From contig JAQUKI010000030.1 in NCBI GenBank assembly GCA_028719225.1, forward strand, positions 1 to 17,944: DNA of 17,944 bases, read 5' to 3'. This document shows positions 1-8,321 of the stretch, piece after piece (positions within the stretch are counted from its first letter, which is position 1; each line of letters begins with the position of its first letter). The notes under the pieces were generated by a model that worked only from the letters and a program-made list of their open reading frames with translations, searched no databases and was not told the origin of the DNA. Origin of the DNA: Fidelibacterota bacterium. GTDB taxonomy: Bacteria; Fidelibacterota; UBA2242. The translations under genes and the position numbers were made by a program.

Positions 1-1061
1 ATAAATGAAATGGTCAATAAAACAGGATGTCCCGGCGGACTAAAAAAAATGACGCACAATGATAATATTTCTAAGATTCCGTAAATCAATGTCACCGGAG
101 GACGACGAGCATTAAATATCTTATCGGAAATAAATCCATAGACAATACAACCGGCAATGCCTGCGAATGTATTCAATCCGAGAATGCCGCCCGCCTGAAC
201 TAATGAATATCCTTTTGCTTCCTGTAAATAAAGGACGCCCCAGCTATTTATTGCGTATCGGGTCATGTACATAAAGGCACTTGCAAGTCCAAGAATCCAA
301 ATGGAGGGCATTTTTAAAACTTCAATCTGTGCTGTCTTGGTTTTCACAGGTTCTCCGTTTTCGTTAACGACTATAAGGCCATGATCGTTTTTCCAATCTG
401 CTACCGTTGGAAGTCCAAGCGTGCGCGGCCTGTCCTGCATTCCAAAATAAATAATGATGGATAGAAAAACGCAGAAGATTCCAGGGATAATGAATCCTGA
501 TTGCCAGCCCCAGTATGCTACAATCGTCGATGATATGATGAATGTCAATCCTTCTCCGATACAATGACCGGTACTCCAGATTCCATAATATCGACCCCGC
601 TCTTTGTTACTAAACCAGTTCGATAATGAAACGGCTCCGGTCGGTGCGCCAAATGCCTGAAACCATCCGTTTAATCCCCAAAGCACTACCCAAACCCATA
701 AGACAGTTGACCAGCCCATAGCGATATTTATAAGCGCAGATACTAATACACCTACGGCAAAGAATCGCTTTACATTAGCGTGGTCGGCGAGAAAACCGTT
801 TGTAAATTTTCCAAATGCATAAGTATATAGCAATGCCGAACCAATATTCCCCAAATCCATAGCCGTGAAAATTCCGCTATCGATTAGCGGCTTTTTAACA
901 ACATTCAGCGCCAGTCGCAGAGGATAAGCAAAACCATATGCAACCGTAATAGCCAGCATGACGTTTAGACGATATTTTTTATACAGGCGATTGACGGCGC
1001 CCTGATCTTGAATCAGTGGTTTATCTTCTCCGGTAGTAAAAAATCGCAATAATCTGTTCAT
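1..1061 (-). CDS. MFS transporter of the organophosphate:Pi antiporter family (UhpC/UhpT/GlpT-like). The N-terminal ~353 aa are present and the 3' end runs off the window.
   Basis: It is absent from the ORF track because it is open at the window edge. My translation from the ATG at complement 1059-1061 reads MNRLLRFFTTGEDKPLIQDQGAVNRLYKKYRLNVMLAITVAYGFAYPLRLALNVVKKPLIDSG...WFSNKERGRYYGIWSTGH...MQDRPRTLGLPTVADWKNDH...YMTRYAINSWGVLYL. This is colinear with E. coli UhpC as I recall it (WYSRTERGGWWALW, RDRPQALGLPAVGEWRHD, YVVRAAINDWGNLYM). It includes the two TM1/TM7 arginines that bind phosphate in GlpT. A GGAAA sequence lies upstream of the ATG. Confidence 0.85.
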   Translation of the reverse strand, partial: MNRLLRFFTTGEDKPLIQDQGAVNRLYKKYRLNVMLAITVAYGFAYPLRLALNVVKKPLIDSGIFTAMDLGNIGSALLYTYAFGKFTNGFLADHANVKRFFAVGVLVSALINIAMGWSTVLWVWVVLWGLNGWFQAFGAPTGAVSLSNWFSNKERGRYYGIWSTGHCIGEGLTFIISSTIVAYWGWQSGFIIPGIFCVFLSIIIYFGMQDRPRTLGLPTVADWKNDHGLIVVNENGEPVKTKTAQIEVLKMPSIWILGLASAFMYMTRYAINSWGVLYLQEAKGYSLVQAGGILGLNTFAGIAGCIVYGFISDKIFNARRPPVTLIYGILEILSLCVIFFSPPGHPVLLTISF

Positions 1062-1085
1062 TTCAATTTTCCAGTTTTTTGACGA

Positions 1086-2129
1086 TCATGGTTTTAAAAC
1101 GATCTTCATCGCTTTTTTTGGAACGTGTTTCATTTCGTTAAGATCGAGTCCTAATTTGGCAAATGCACCGACTCCGCTCGTCAATGGAATTACTTCCGTG
1201 AAGAAATTGCGCATATCCAGTTTGCCACTCTGAAGTAATTTGATCGAAGGTAAAATCGTATTCTGCCCGATATATGTACCCAAAATCTTGATCGCATTGC
1301 GAGTAATATAGTTCGGTTGAATGTTTGCCATATAACTACTATCCATTCCGAAAGCCAGTATCTTTCCTCCGGGTGTGACATATTTGATAGCATTTTCCAA
1401 TTGAGTTCCGGTGGCATCGATGACAACGTCCATCTTTTTCCCGCTGGTTAATTTCAAGATTTCTTCTTCAAGGTTGCAGGTTTCAGGATTAAAAGCCGGG
1501 ACACCGAACTTTTTCGCAATATCGAATCGGAATGGATCAATCTCAGTTACGGCAACACTGGCGGCTACATTTTTGGCTATTGCTGTAAATAAGTAACCAA
1601 TCGGGCCGCAACCCAATACCAGTACCGAATCATAACACTGCATCTGAACAGTGTTCATGCCGTTTAGAACGGTTCCAAGCGTTTCCACCTGAGTTCCGGT
1701 TATTTCATCGATCACGTTCGGGATTCTAAAACAGACATCTTCTGTTGCTAAAACATACTCGGCATAACCGCCGTTTTTAAAAATTCCCAGTGTCCGGTTC
1801 TTCAATTCGATACATTGACTACTGAAGCCCATCCGGCAAAAATCGCACACACCACAACGGGAATTATTGTCCAGCGCGATCCAATCACCGACTTTCACTG
1901 CCGTTACACTACTGCCGATGTCGACGACAGTTCCACAAAATTCATGACCGAGCACAGTGTTTTCTTTATAAACGTGTTTGCCCTCCATAATTTTAACATC
2001 GGATCCGCAAATTCCGCAGGCTGCGACTTTCAGTAAAACCTGATTAGGCGCCGTGATTTCAGGTATGGGAATTTCCGTAGATTCGATAAGGCCGACTTTT
2101 CTAAAAACGAGCGCTTTCATTGTTGCCAT
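1086..2129 (-). CDS. Zn-dependent medium-chain alcohol/polyol dehydrogenase (threonine/sorbitol/galactitol-1-P dehydrogenase-like)
   Basis: 347 aa. Catalytic Zn motifs are CGICGSD and GHEFCG. The structural Zn cluster is CGVCDFCRMGFSSQC. The Rossmann motif is LGCGPIG. ATG start at 2129 with a GGAGA RBS 8 nt upstream. Confidence 0.85.
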   Translation of the reverse strand: MATMKALVFRKVGLIESTEIPIPEITAPNQVLLKVAACGICGSDVKIMEGKHVYKENTVLGHEFCGTVVDIGSSVTAVKVGDWIALDNNSRCGVCDFCRMGFSSQCIELKNRTLGIFKNGGYAEYVLATEDVCFRIPNVIDEITGTQVETLGTVLNGMNTVQMQCYDSVLVLGCGPIGYLFTAIAKNVAASVAVTEIDPFRFDIAKKFGVPAFNPETCNLEEEILKLTSGKKMDVVIDATGTQLENAIKYVTPGGKILAFGMDSSYMANIQPNYITRNAIKILGTYIGQNTILPSIKLLQSGKLDMRNFFTEVIPLTSGVGAFAKLGLDLNEMKHVPKKAMKIVLKP

Positions 2130-2157
2130 ATTTTTTTCTCCAATTTTTATATAATTT

Positions 2158-2913
2158 TTATAGAAATAACTGAATACCCGCTAAACTCCACAAATTCATT
2201 TCTTCATCATGGCTGTGCAAACTTTTGCCGATAGAAAAATAGGCTGAAATAGATTCCGACCATTCCCATGTCAAACCGAGATTTAGCATCGGTTCTGACA
2301 AATCAAATGGAGCTTCTTCGACGGCAGAATGAAGTTCTCCAAGTATCTCGAAATTGTCTAAATACATGGCCGCTCCGACACCGCCTTCCCAGTTTTCGGA
2401 TTGGCCCTGAATCCAAATATGCCCGGCCTCAGCCGTCAATCCAAAATGAGACCACTCGCGGTGCCATTCCACAGGAAGTATGAATTCCGAATTATCCCCG
2501 TTCTCGAAGGAAAAATAAACTGTGGGACAACTTGAAAAATTTGAACCGGATGGATTGTCGACAAACCGATACTTGAATCCTATTTCCATACCATCGAAAC
2601 CGTTGCGAATTTTTAAATCTTTGTCCCGATCGACGACATAGGGCAAACCAACAGTCAGTTGTCCGCTTTCGCCGAGACCATAATTGATATCGAATAAAGG
2701 AAGTTGCCATTCGTCATTCACTTTGGAATGTTCCAGAGAAGTGAGAATATTAATCTCCCAATTCCCGCTGCCAGGCGTGCCGGTATCATCTATGAGAAGC
2801 GGTGGGCTGCTCTGAGAAAAAACCGCCTCTGAACTAATTGAAATGAAACCGGCAATCAAGAGTATTTTAATAAGGAAACTTTGCCGGCCTTTTTTCATTT
2901 CTTTCCGATTCAT
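2158..2913 (-). CDS. Secreted protein, probable small outer-membrane beta-barrel channel (resembles the MetA-pathway/phenol-degradation-like OM transporter family)
   Basis: 251 aa. N-terminal signal peptide (KKGRQSFLIKILLIAGFISISSEAVFS). The mature N-terminus PPLLIDDTGTPGSGNWEINI resembles the hallmark start of that OM family. Alternating hydrophobic strands run through to a C-terminal GIQLFL. The start ATG overlaps the upstream gene's stop (ATGA at 2910-2913). The family call is from memory only. Confidence 0.55.
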   Translation of the reverse strand: MNRKEMKKGRQSFLIKILLIAGFISISSEAVFSQSSPPLLIDDTGTPGSGNWEINILTSLEHSKVNDEWQLPLFDINYGLGESGQLTVGLPYVVDRDKDLKIRNGFDGMEIGFKYRFVDNPSGSNFSSCPTVYFSFENGDNSEFILPVEWHREWSHFGLTAEAGHIWIQGQSENWEGGVGAAMYLDNFEILGELHSAVEEAPFDLSEPMLNLGLTWEWSESISAYFSIGKSLHSHDEEMNLWSLAGIQLFL

Positions 2914-3713
2914 TTTATCAATCTGTGCATGTATTCGCTTGTATTCTTCGCAGCTATGTCCGAATCGGGAAGCGGCAGGATTTCCGCTGATAAATAGCCA
3001 GTATAACCAATCTTTTTCAGACGATCGACGACCGCCTTGAAATCGATATGCCCGGTGCCGGGATGCCAGCGATTGGAATCGGCAATGTGAAAGTGAAAAA
3101 GACGCGATCCGGCTTTTCCGATGCTTGCCAGCATATTCGCTTCTTCAATATTCATATGAAAAGTATCCAGCAAAAGTCCGACATTCGGTTGGGCGAGTGT
3201 TTTTAAAAATTCCAAACCCTCATCGACTGTGTTGATAATGTTTGTCTCGTAGCGGTTGCAGGGCTCGATCACTAACCGAACGCCGGGATTTTCCGTCGCG
3301 CATTCCTGCATCGCTTCTATAAGCCAACGAGTGGTTAATTCCGCATCAGTTTCCGGCCGCTTGTTTCCGCGAATCAGCCCGATAATCACGAAAGATTTCA
3401 ATCTTTCGGCAAGATGGATTTGGGATTTGATCCGCTCGATTGCACTGCGACGAATAGCTTCTTCAGGGCTGGTAAACGATAAACCTTCTTCACCATACGC
3501 CTGACCCGTACCAATAGCCACAACCGGAAATTCGTACTTCACCAGCAAAGATTCGAGCATGGCAATATCTAAAAGTTTCGGATCGCGTATCGCCAGTTCG
3601 ACGCCATCATAGCCTAATGCTTTGATCTTGGCGATATTCTCGGCTAATTTGCCCTTGTAAGCCAATGCCGAAAACTTCGCCGGTTGAGTCGATATGACGA
3701 TGCTGAGTTTCAT
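2910..3713 (-). CDS. iolO: Xylose-isomerase-like TIM-barrel sugar (phosphate) isomerase/epimerase. By context it is IolO-like (5-keto-L-gluconate epimerase).
   Basis: 267 aa. Metal-ligand pattern of the AP_endonuc_2/epimerase fold: VIEPCNR, LLDTFH, HFHIADSNR, LSAEI. It lies 3 nt after the creatininase-fold gene. The specific function is inferred from gene context only. Confidence 0.6.
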   Translation of the reverse strand: MKLSIVISTQPAKFSALAYKGKLAENIAKIKALGYDGVELAIRDPKLLDIAMLESLLVKYEFPVVAIGTGQAYGEEGLSFTSPEEAIRRSAIERIKSQIHLAERLKSFVIIGLIRGNKRPETDAELTTRWLIEAMQECATENPGVRLVIEPCNRYETNIINTVDEGLEFLKTLAQPNVGLLLDTFHMNIEEANMLASIGKAGSRLFHFHIADSNRWHPGTGHIDFKAVVDRLKKIGYTGYLSAEILPLPDSDIAAKNTSEYMHRLIK

Positions 3714-3716
3714 GTC

Positions 3717-4811
3717 TTACAAACCCATTTTTCGAATTGCATAAATCGGACGCCAGCCTTCGGTAAACGGTTCTTTGAGATAAGGCGCCATTTCCTCTTC
3801 GGTGCGCATGGTTGTCTTTTCGATGGGCGGAAATGTCCCGGCGGGGAAAGCCGTGTTGATTTCTTCCCAAACCAATGTCAGGTATGACAAAATCGCTGCG
3901 ATGGTTCGTTTGGCTTTCTTGGCGTCACTGATTGTTGGACGACCGACCACGCCTTCGGGGATGGAGTTGATTTCCATCGGACCATGGCCCTGACCTTCCG
4001 ACCACCGGCAAGGCCGCGCAAACGGATCGACCGCCTTATCCATGTGACCATCCGGTAAATAACTGTCGACCTTCGTTTCCTGCGCCAATGCCATTTCCAC
4101 ATATTCCGGCGCCAATAGTAACATGACAGAGGTTTCCGCTTCGTCGGCATGGAAAAAATTATCGTCCCATGCACCGCCGCGGTCTTTGGTACGGAAAAAT
4201 TCACGCACTGCCCGATGCCAGTCAATCGTCCTGAAGATACCGGGTAGATTCCATGTTTTTTGTAGTTCCTGAATAGCGGCTTCGAGTAACCATGAATGGC
4301 CGTGATTATTGATCAGAATGATCTTCCGAAAACCATCATTCCACAGGCCGACCATTATGTCGATTAGTACTCTTTTCAGCACTTCGTCTTCCAGATGAAT
4401 CGTACCCGGCATACCGATATGATGATGCGGATGCCCGCCATAATTGAGCGGATTCCAGGCTAAATTAACCGGCGTTCCGGTTTTCATCGAATGACGACGC
4501 ACGCCTTCCAGTATTTGAGTTACCATAAAAGAATCCAGCGCCGTAACAGTATGGCGTCCATGCAGTTCGGTGCAACCAATCGGTACGAACACGATATCAT
4601 TTTTGCGACGATTCTCGACCACTTTCTGCCGGATTGTCGTCTGAATATAGGTTCCGGGTTTGGCCAGTTCAGAAGAACTCGGAATCCCGTAATCCTTGAG
4701 AATAGCATCGATCTCCTGATCAGATGCTTCCCATATTTTTTTCTTTAAACGGCCAACGGAAGTATCTTCAAAACGAAGATCATCCCGATTTGTTGTAAGC
4801 CATCCACTCAT
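3717..4811 (-). CDS. iolN: Creatininase-family metal hydrolase. By context it is IolN-like (3-dehydro-scyllo-inosose hydrolase).
   Basis: 364 aa. Creatininase-fold motifs: VPIGCTELHGRH, ILINNHGHS, HADEAETS. GAGGTG RBS 5 nt before the ATG at 4811. It is embedded between sugar dehydrogenases and an epimerase, not among nitrogen-metabolism genes. Confidence 0.6.
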   Translation of the reverse strand: MSGWLTTNRDDLRFEDTSVGRLKKKIWEASDQEIDAILKDYGIPSSSELAKPGTYIQTTIRQKVVENRRKNDIVFVPIGCTELHGRHTVTALDSFMVTQILEGVRRHSMKTGTPVNLAWNPLNYGGHPHHHIGMPGTIHLEDEVLKRVLIDIMVGLWNDGFRKIILINNHGHSWLLEAAIQELQKTWNLPGIFRTIDWHRAVREFFRTKDRGGAWDDNFFHADEAETSVMLLLAPEYVEMALAQETKVDSYLPDGHMDKAVDPFARPCRWSEGQGHGPMEINSIPEGVVGRPTISDAKKAKRTIAAILSYLTLVWEEINTAFPAGTFPPIEKTTMRTEEEMAPYLKEPFTEGWRPIYAIRKMGL

Positions 4812-4848
4812 AATTCACCTCAAATTTTGTATGTTCATATAGATTTGT

Positions 4849-6033
4849 TCATTCCGGGAAAACGGTAATTTTTACTTCCTGACGATTTGTTTGCAACATT
4901 ACCAAGTTTTCGGGTACATCTTCCAGTTTAATTCGCTTGGTAATCAAGGACGAAACATCCATCCCGCCTGCCATCGAACTGATAACGCGCGGGAAAGTAC
5001 CATTTCCAGAATGTCCCTGAGCGCCGACAACATTGGCATGCCGAACCTGAAAGACTTCCCCGTTCATCGGAATCTTATCATCGGCACGAGCTACGATAAC
5101 AACCGTAGCGTTGATAGTTTTACCTTCCCAGATGATTCTCTCAATGTCTGGCCAGACGAGACTTGGTAAACCGGTCGCTTCGAGGATGATCTTGGCGCCC
5201 ATTCCATGTGTGATATCCAAAACCGCTTCAGCGGCATTGACGCTCGTTGGGTCGATTGCATGAGTAGCGCCCATCGCCAGAGCCATTTCGCGCCGCGATT
5301 GTGAAGGTTCGGAAATGATAACATTCGTCGCACCCGATCGTCTTAAAACCGCACAGGCGGCGATTCCGACCGGCCCGCTACCCATAATCACGACGTTGTC
5401 GCCCGCCCGAATTCCGCCTGCCCTCTCGATGACTGCATTATAGGCGACGGAGGTGGGCTCAACTAAACTGCCAAGTTCGTACATTTTTCGTTCGCCATAG
5501 ATCGGCCGTAATTCCTCGATACTCCAAAGATAACGGGCATCGACTTTGATGTATTTGGCATAGGCGCCGTCACATGAAAAACCGATCTCGTGCAGACGTT
5601 CGCATTGATTTGGATACCCATCGACACACGGCCGGCAATATGAACACCACATCATTTCTTCAGAGCAGACTGCTTCTCCGATTTCGAAAGGTTTACCTGT
5701 CCGTTTATTAAAAGCTTTTGGACCGGCTTCCATGATTCTTCCGGAAAATTCATGTCCCAAAGTGCTCGGAAAAGCGGTTAGCCCCGGATAATAAATATAA
5801 CCATCCGATGAAGTTTGAAGCATATGGACATCACTACCGCAGATGCCGCAGGCTTTCACTTCTATCAATGCCTCGGTCGGACCGTGTGCGGGAATTTCTT
5901 TTTCAACCATTTCTATATGAGGATAACGCCATACCTTACTGCCTAAATAAGTCAGTTTGCCTTCAATGTCCTTATAACCGAGTTTGAATTCCGGTTTCGG
6001 ATCCCATTTGGCAAAGAGAGTCATTGTTTTCAT
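4849..6033 (-). CDS. iolM: Long Zn-dependent MDR dehydrogenase. By context it is IolM-like (scyllo-inosose 3-dehydrogenase).
   Basis: Motifs: CGICGSDVHM, GHEFSG, cysteine-rich loop CSYCRPCVDGYPNQC, Rossmann GSGPVG. The ORF-track start at 6048 is a TTG. I prefer the ATG at 6031-6033 (MKTMTLFAKW..., 394 aa), which has AAGGA 7 nt upstream. Confidence 0.6.
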   Translation of the reverse strand: MKTMTLFAKWDPKPEFKLGYKDIEGKLTYLGSKVWRYPHIEMVEKEIPAHGPTEALIEVKACGICGSDVHMLQTSSDGYIYYPGLTAFPSTLGHEFSGRIMEAGPKAFNKRTGKPFEIGEAVCSEEMMWCSYCRPCVDGYPNQCERLHEIGFSCDGAYAKYIKVDARYLWSIEELRPIYGERKMYELGSLVEPTSVAYNAVIERAGGIRAGDNVVIMGSGPVGIAACAVLRRSGATNVIISEPSQSRREMALAMGATHAIDPTSVNAAEAVLDITHGMGAKIILEATGLPSLVWPDIERIIWEGKTINATVVIVARADDKIPMNGEVFQVRHANVVGAQGHSGNGTFPRVISSMAGGMDVSSLITKRIKLEDVPENLVMLQTNRQEVKITVFPE

Positions 6034-6058
6034 TCTGATTCCTTTCAATTATCCTAAT

Positions 6059-6076
6059 GTTCTATTGAATAGACAA
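6059..6076 (-). promoter_or_regulatory. Degenerate third copy between iolG and iolM
   Basis: The + strand reads GTTCTATTGAATAGACAA. TTGAATAGACAA differs at one position from TTGTATAGACAA, the minus-strand reading of the other two sites. It is also an inverted repeat, TCTATT-G-AATAGA. It lies about 30 nt upstream of the iolM ATG. Confidence 0.3.
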
Positions 6077-6096
6077 ATTATGTGAAAAAAAATTTA

Positions 6097-7110
6097 TCAA
6101 TAATCAATGACCCGCACGACGCGGTTGGTATGCAGAGAGTCCGTCGCAGCTACGGCGATCTGTAAGCCGGTGACACCGTCGTCAATTGTAATCATCGGTT
6201 TGTTCCCGTTTTGCAGATTACCTAAATAATTATTCAACTGCGCAATATAAGCATCATGGAATCTCTCCGGAAAGTAAGGAACGACATCGTGTGTAACACC
6301 TTCTGCGGTTAAAACTAAAAGCGGCGTATCGCGGAGATAGCCAACTTTCAGCGTGCCTTTGGTTCCTAAGACTTCAGCGCGAATGTCATATCCGTAAATT
6401 CCATTTCGGCTGATATCGACTTCTCCTAACGTGCCCGATTCAAATGTCATAGCCATCACGACGTTATCGGTATCTCCGGTTGCGGTTACTTCAGGATATG
6501 CCAGAACGCCACCGATGGCATAGACAGTTTTAACGTTACCCATATACCAACGCGCGATGTCAAAATCATGAATGGCCATATCCAGAATTTGTCCGCCGCT
6601 GTTTTGCGGTAGAAGATATTCCAGTGTCGGTAAATATGTATCCCGCGACGAACCGCGGAATACGACGGGTGTGCCAATCACACCGGCATCAATTTTTTGT
6701 TTTGCCGCCGCAAAGCCTTTATCAAACCGCCGCATGTAACCCTGCTGATAAAAAACACCATATGCTTCAACAGCCGATTTCATTGCGCGGGCATCATCGA
6801 TGTTTAACGACATCGGCTTTTCACAAAAGATTGGTTTCCTTTCCGAAACGGCATCCAGCACAATCTCTTTATGGTTCATCGTTGTCGCTGTGATGATGAC
6901 CGCATCTACATTCGGATCGGAATTTAAATCATGATGATTGTCGTACCATTTTGGAATGTCGTATTTTTCCACGATCGTCATCGCTCTTTCCGGTATCAGA
7001 TCGGCAACCGCTACCAATTTTGCCTGAGGGACTAAGTGAACCAGAAATTCGGCATACATACTTCCGAGGCGGCCGGTACCGATTAATCCAACGTTGATCT
7101 GTTTTTTCAT
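6097..7110 (-). CDS. iolG: Gfo/Idh/MocA oxidoreductase, myo-inositol 2-dehydrogenase-like
   Basis: 337 aa. N-terminal GLIGTGRLG Rossmann motif. FCEKPMS, GYMRRFDKGF, HDFDIARW and YGYDIRAEVLGTKGTLKV run parallel to B. subtilis IolG as I recall it (FCEKPLA, GFMRRYDSGY, HEIDVLHW, YGYDIQCEIVGEDGIIKL). Confidence 0.7.
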   Translation of the reverse strand: MKKQINVGLIGTGRLGSMYAEFLVHLVPQAKLVAVADLIPERAMTIVEKYDIPKWYDNHHDLNSDPNVDAVIITATTMNHKEIVLDAVSERKPIFCEKPMSLNIDDARAMKSAVEAYGVFYQQGYMRRFDKGFAAAKQKIDAGVIGTPVVFRGSSRDTYLPTLEYLLPQNSGGQILDMAIHDFDIARWYMGNVKTVYAIGGVLAYPEVTATGDTDNVVMAMTFESGTLGEVDISRNGIYGYDIRAEVLGTKGTLKVGYLRDTPLLVLTAEGVTHDVVPYFPERFHDAYIAQLNNYLGNLQNGNKPMITIDDGVTGLQIAVAATDSLHTNRVVRVIDY

Positions 7111-7152
7111 AAAGCGCTCATCAATTTATCTTTCATTAATATGCGATTCATC

Positions 7153-8250
7153 TCAGGTAATTTTCCGCGAAATGACCGATGTCCTCTCGACAAAATGGGA
7201 TTTCAGCACAATTTGTTGAGTCGTTGTGGTTTCGCCTTTTATCCGTGAAATCAAAATCTTCAGACTTTCCTGTCCCATTTCGTAAATCGGCTGATGCATT
7301 GTAGTCAGCGAAACCGAGTTCGGTATGGTCGGATGAAGATCGTCGTAACCTATGAGAGAAATATCGTTCGGAATTGAGATCCCCATTTTTTTGGCAACTG
7401 AATAAATCAAATAAGCGATCCGGTCATGACCGGCAAAAATCGCACTGATTTTTTTCTCTGATGCGAGGAGTGTTCGTGCGACTTGCAGATAATACTTTTC
7501 GTTGAATGGACCATCGTTCAAGGCAACGATGGTCGGATCATAGGGAATATTACTGTCTGCAAGCGCTTTTTGATAGCCTTCGAGACGTAATCTTTCGGTG
7601 TTGAATAGCGTGCTGAGGGTGATTCCGATGCGTGTATGTCCTTTTTCGATCAGATATTTCGTTAAACCATAGGCGCCTTCAAAATTATCCGTTGTGACAT
7701 AATCAATATCTAAATTTGGAATAAGGCGGTCAGCCAAAACAATTGGCACATCTCTTTTCCGAAACTTCTCGATGATTATCCTGTTTTTTTCATCGGGCGC
7801 CGCTGTCGGTACAAAAACCACACACCCGATAGAATTTTCAAGCAGACGATCGGCGTGAAAATCGGCTTTAACGAATAGATCGTCTGTATTGCAAAGAATC
7901 GTACTGAATTTGTTTTTCGCGGCTTCATCTTCGACACCGCGGGCAAGTTCCGGAGTATAGCCGGAGCGAATATCCGGCACGATAACTCCAACGATGTTTT
8001 TCGTCTGACTTGAATGGGAATGAAGAGTGACAAAGGTTCCCAGCCGACGCTTCCGTACCAGATAGCCCATGTTGGTAAGGTTGGCAAATGCCTGGCGGAT
8101 TGTTGCGCGAGCCAAACCCGTAATTTTGACGAGTTCTTCTTCGGTCGGTACCTTTTCTTCCGGTCGAAAAACGCCCTGTTCAATCTGCTCTCTCAACCAA
8201 GTTTGAATCTGGAAATACTGCGGAACCGGACTATTGCGATCGACTATCAT
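7153..8250 (-). CDS. Transcriptional regulator: GntR-type winged HTH fused to a LacI/PBP1-type sugar-binding domain (AraR subfamily architecture)
   Basis: 365 aa. The N-terminus PVPQYFQIQTWLREQIEQGVFRPEEKVPTEEELVKITGLARATIRQAFANLTNMGYLVRKRRLGTFV is a typical GntR HTH. The remainder (NIVGVIVPDIRSGYTPELARGVEDEA...IGYDDL) is a periplasmic-binding-protein type 1 fold. It is the first gene of the minus-strand catabolic operon. Confidence 0.85.
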   Translation of the reverse strand: MIVDRNSPVPQYFQIQTWLREQIEQGVFRPEEKVPTEEELVKITGLARATIRQAFANLTNMGYLVRKRRLGTFVTLHSHSSQTKNIVGVIVPDIRSGYTPELARGVEDEAAKNKFSTILCNTDDLFVKADFHADRLLENSIGCVVFVPTAAPDEKNRIIIEKFRKRDVPIVLADRLIPNLDIDYVTTDNFEGAYGLTKYLIEKGHTRIGITLSTLFNTERLRLEGYQKALADSNIPYDPTIVALNDGPFNEKYYLQVARTLLASEKKISAIFAGHDRIAYLIYSVAKKMGISIPNDISLIGYDDLHPTIPNSVSLTTMHQPIYEMGQESLKILISRIKGETTTTQQIVLKSHFVERTSVISRKIT

Positions 8251-8268
8251 TCTTAACTCTCAATTTTC

Positions 8269-8286
8269 ATTGTCTATACAATTGTA
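8269..8286 (-). promoter_or_regulatory. Putative operator/promoter element upstream of the regulator-iol operon. It is ATTGTCTATACAA on the + strand, overlapping the perfect palindrome TACAATTGTA.
   Basis: The 13-mer is identical to 9893-9905. It has the TTGT-N4-ACAA architecture, and its inner GTcTAtAC fits the GntR-type GT-n-TA-n-AC core. It lies 19-37 nt upstream of the regulator ATG at 8250. Confidence 0.5.
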
Positions 8287-8321
8287 CGATGCATTTTTTA
8301 AGGAAGCAAGTTTTTTTTTAT

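Noticed and set aside
138-146. ATAGACAAT, a 9-nt partial match to the operator motif
   Set aside because: It lies deep inside the transporter coding region and lacks the TTGT half-site. A 9-mer match is compatible with chance.
364-564. 66-aa ORF in the track at the left end
   Set aside because: It lies in a different frame inside the open-ended MFS transporter gene, which was omitted from the track only because it has no stop in the window.
3607-4225. 87-aa and 115-aa alternative-frame ORFs within and around the iolN-like gene
   Set aside because: They are His/Arg-rich shadow frames overlapping CDSs that carry clear catalytic motifs.
6034-6048. TTG start of the iolM-like ORF in the track
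   Set aside because: The in-frame ATG five codons downstream (6031-6033) has a well-spaced AAGGA. The TTG would place that RBS inside the coding sequence.
7776-8183. 135-aa ORF on the minus strand inside the regulator gene
   Set aside because: It is an alternative frame of a CDS with clear GntR/PBP1 homology. Its product is Arg/Lys/Ser-rich with no recognisable motifs. It is a typical shadow ORF.
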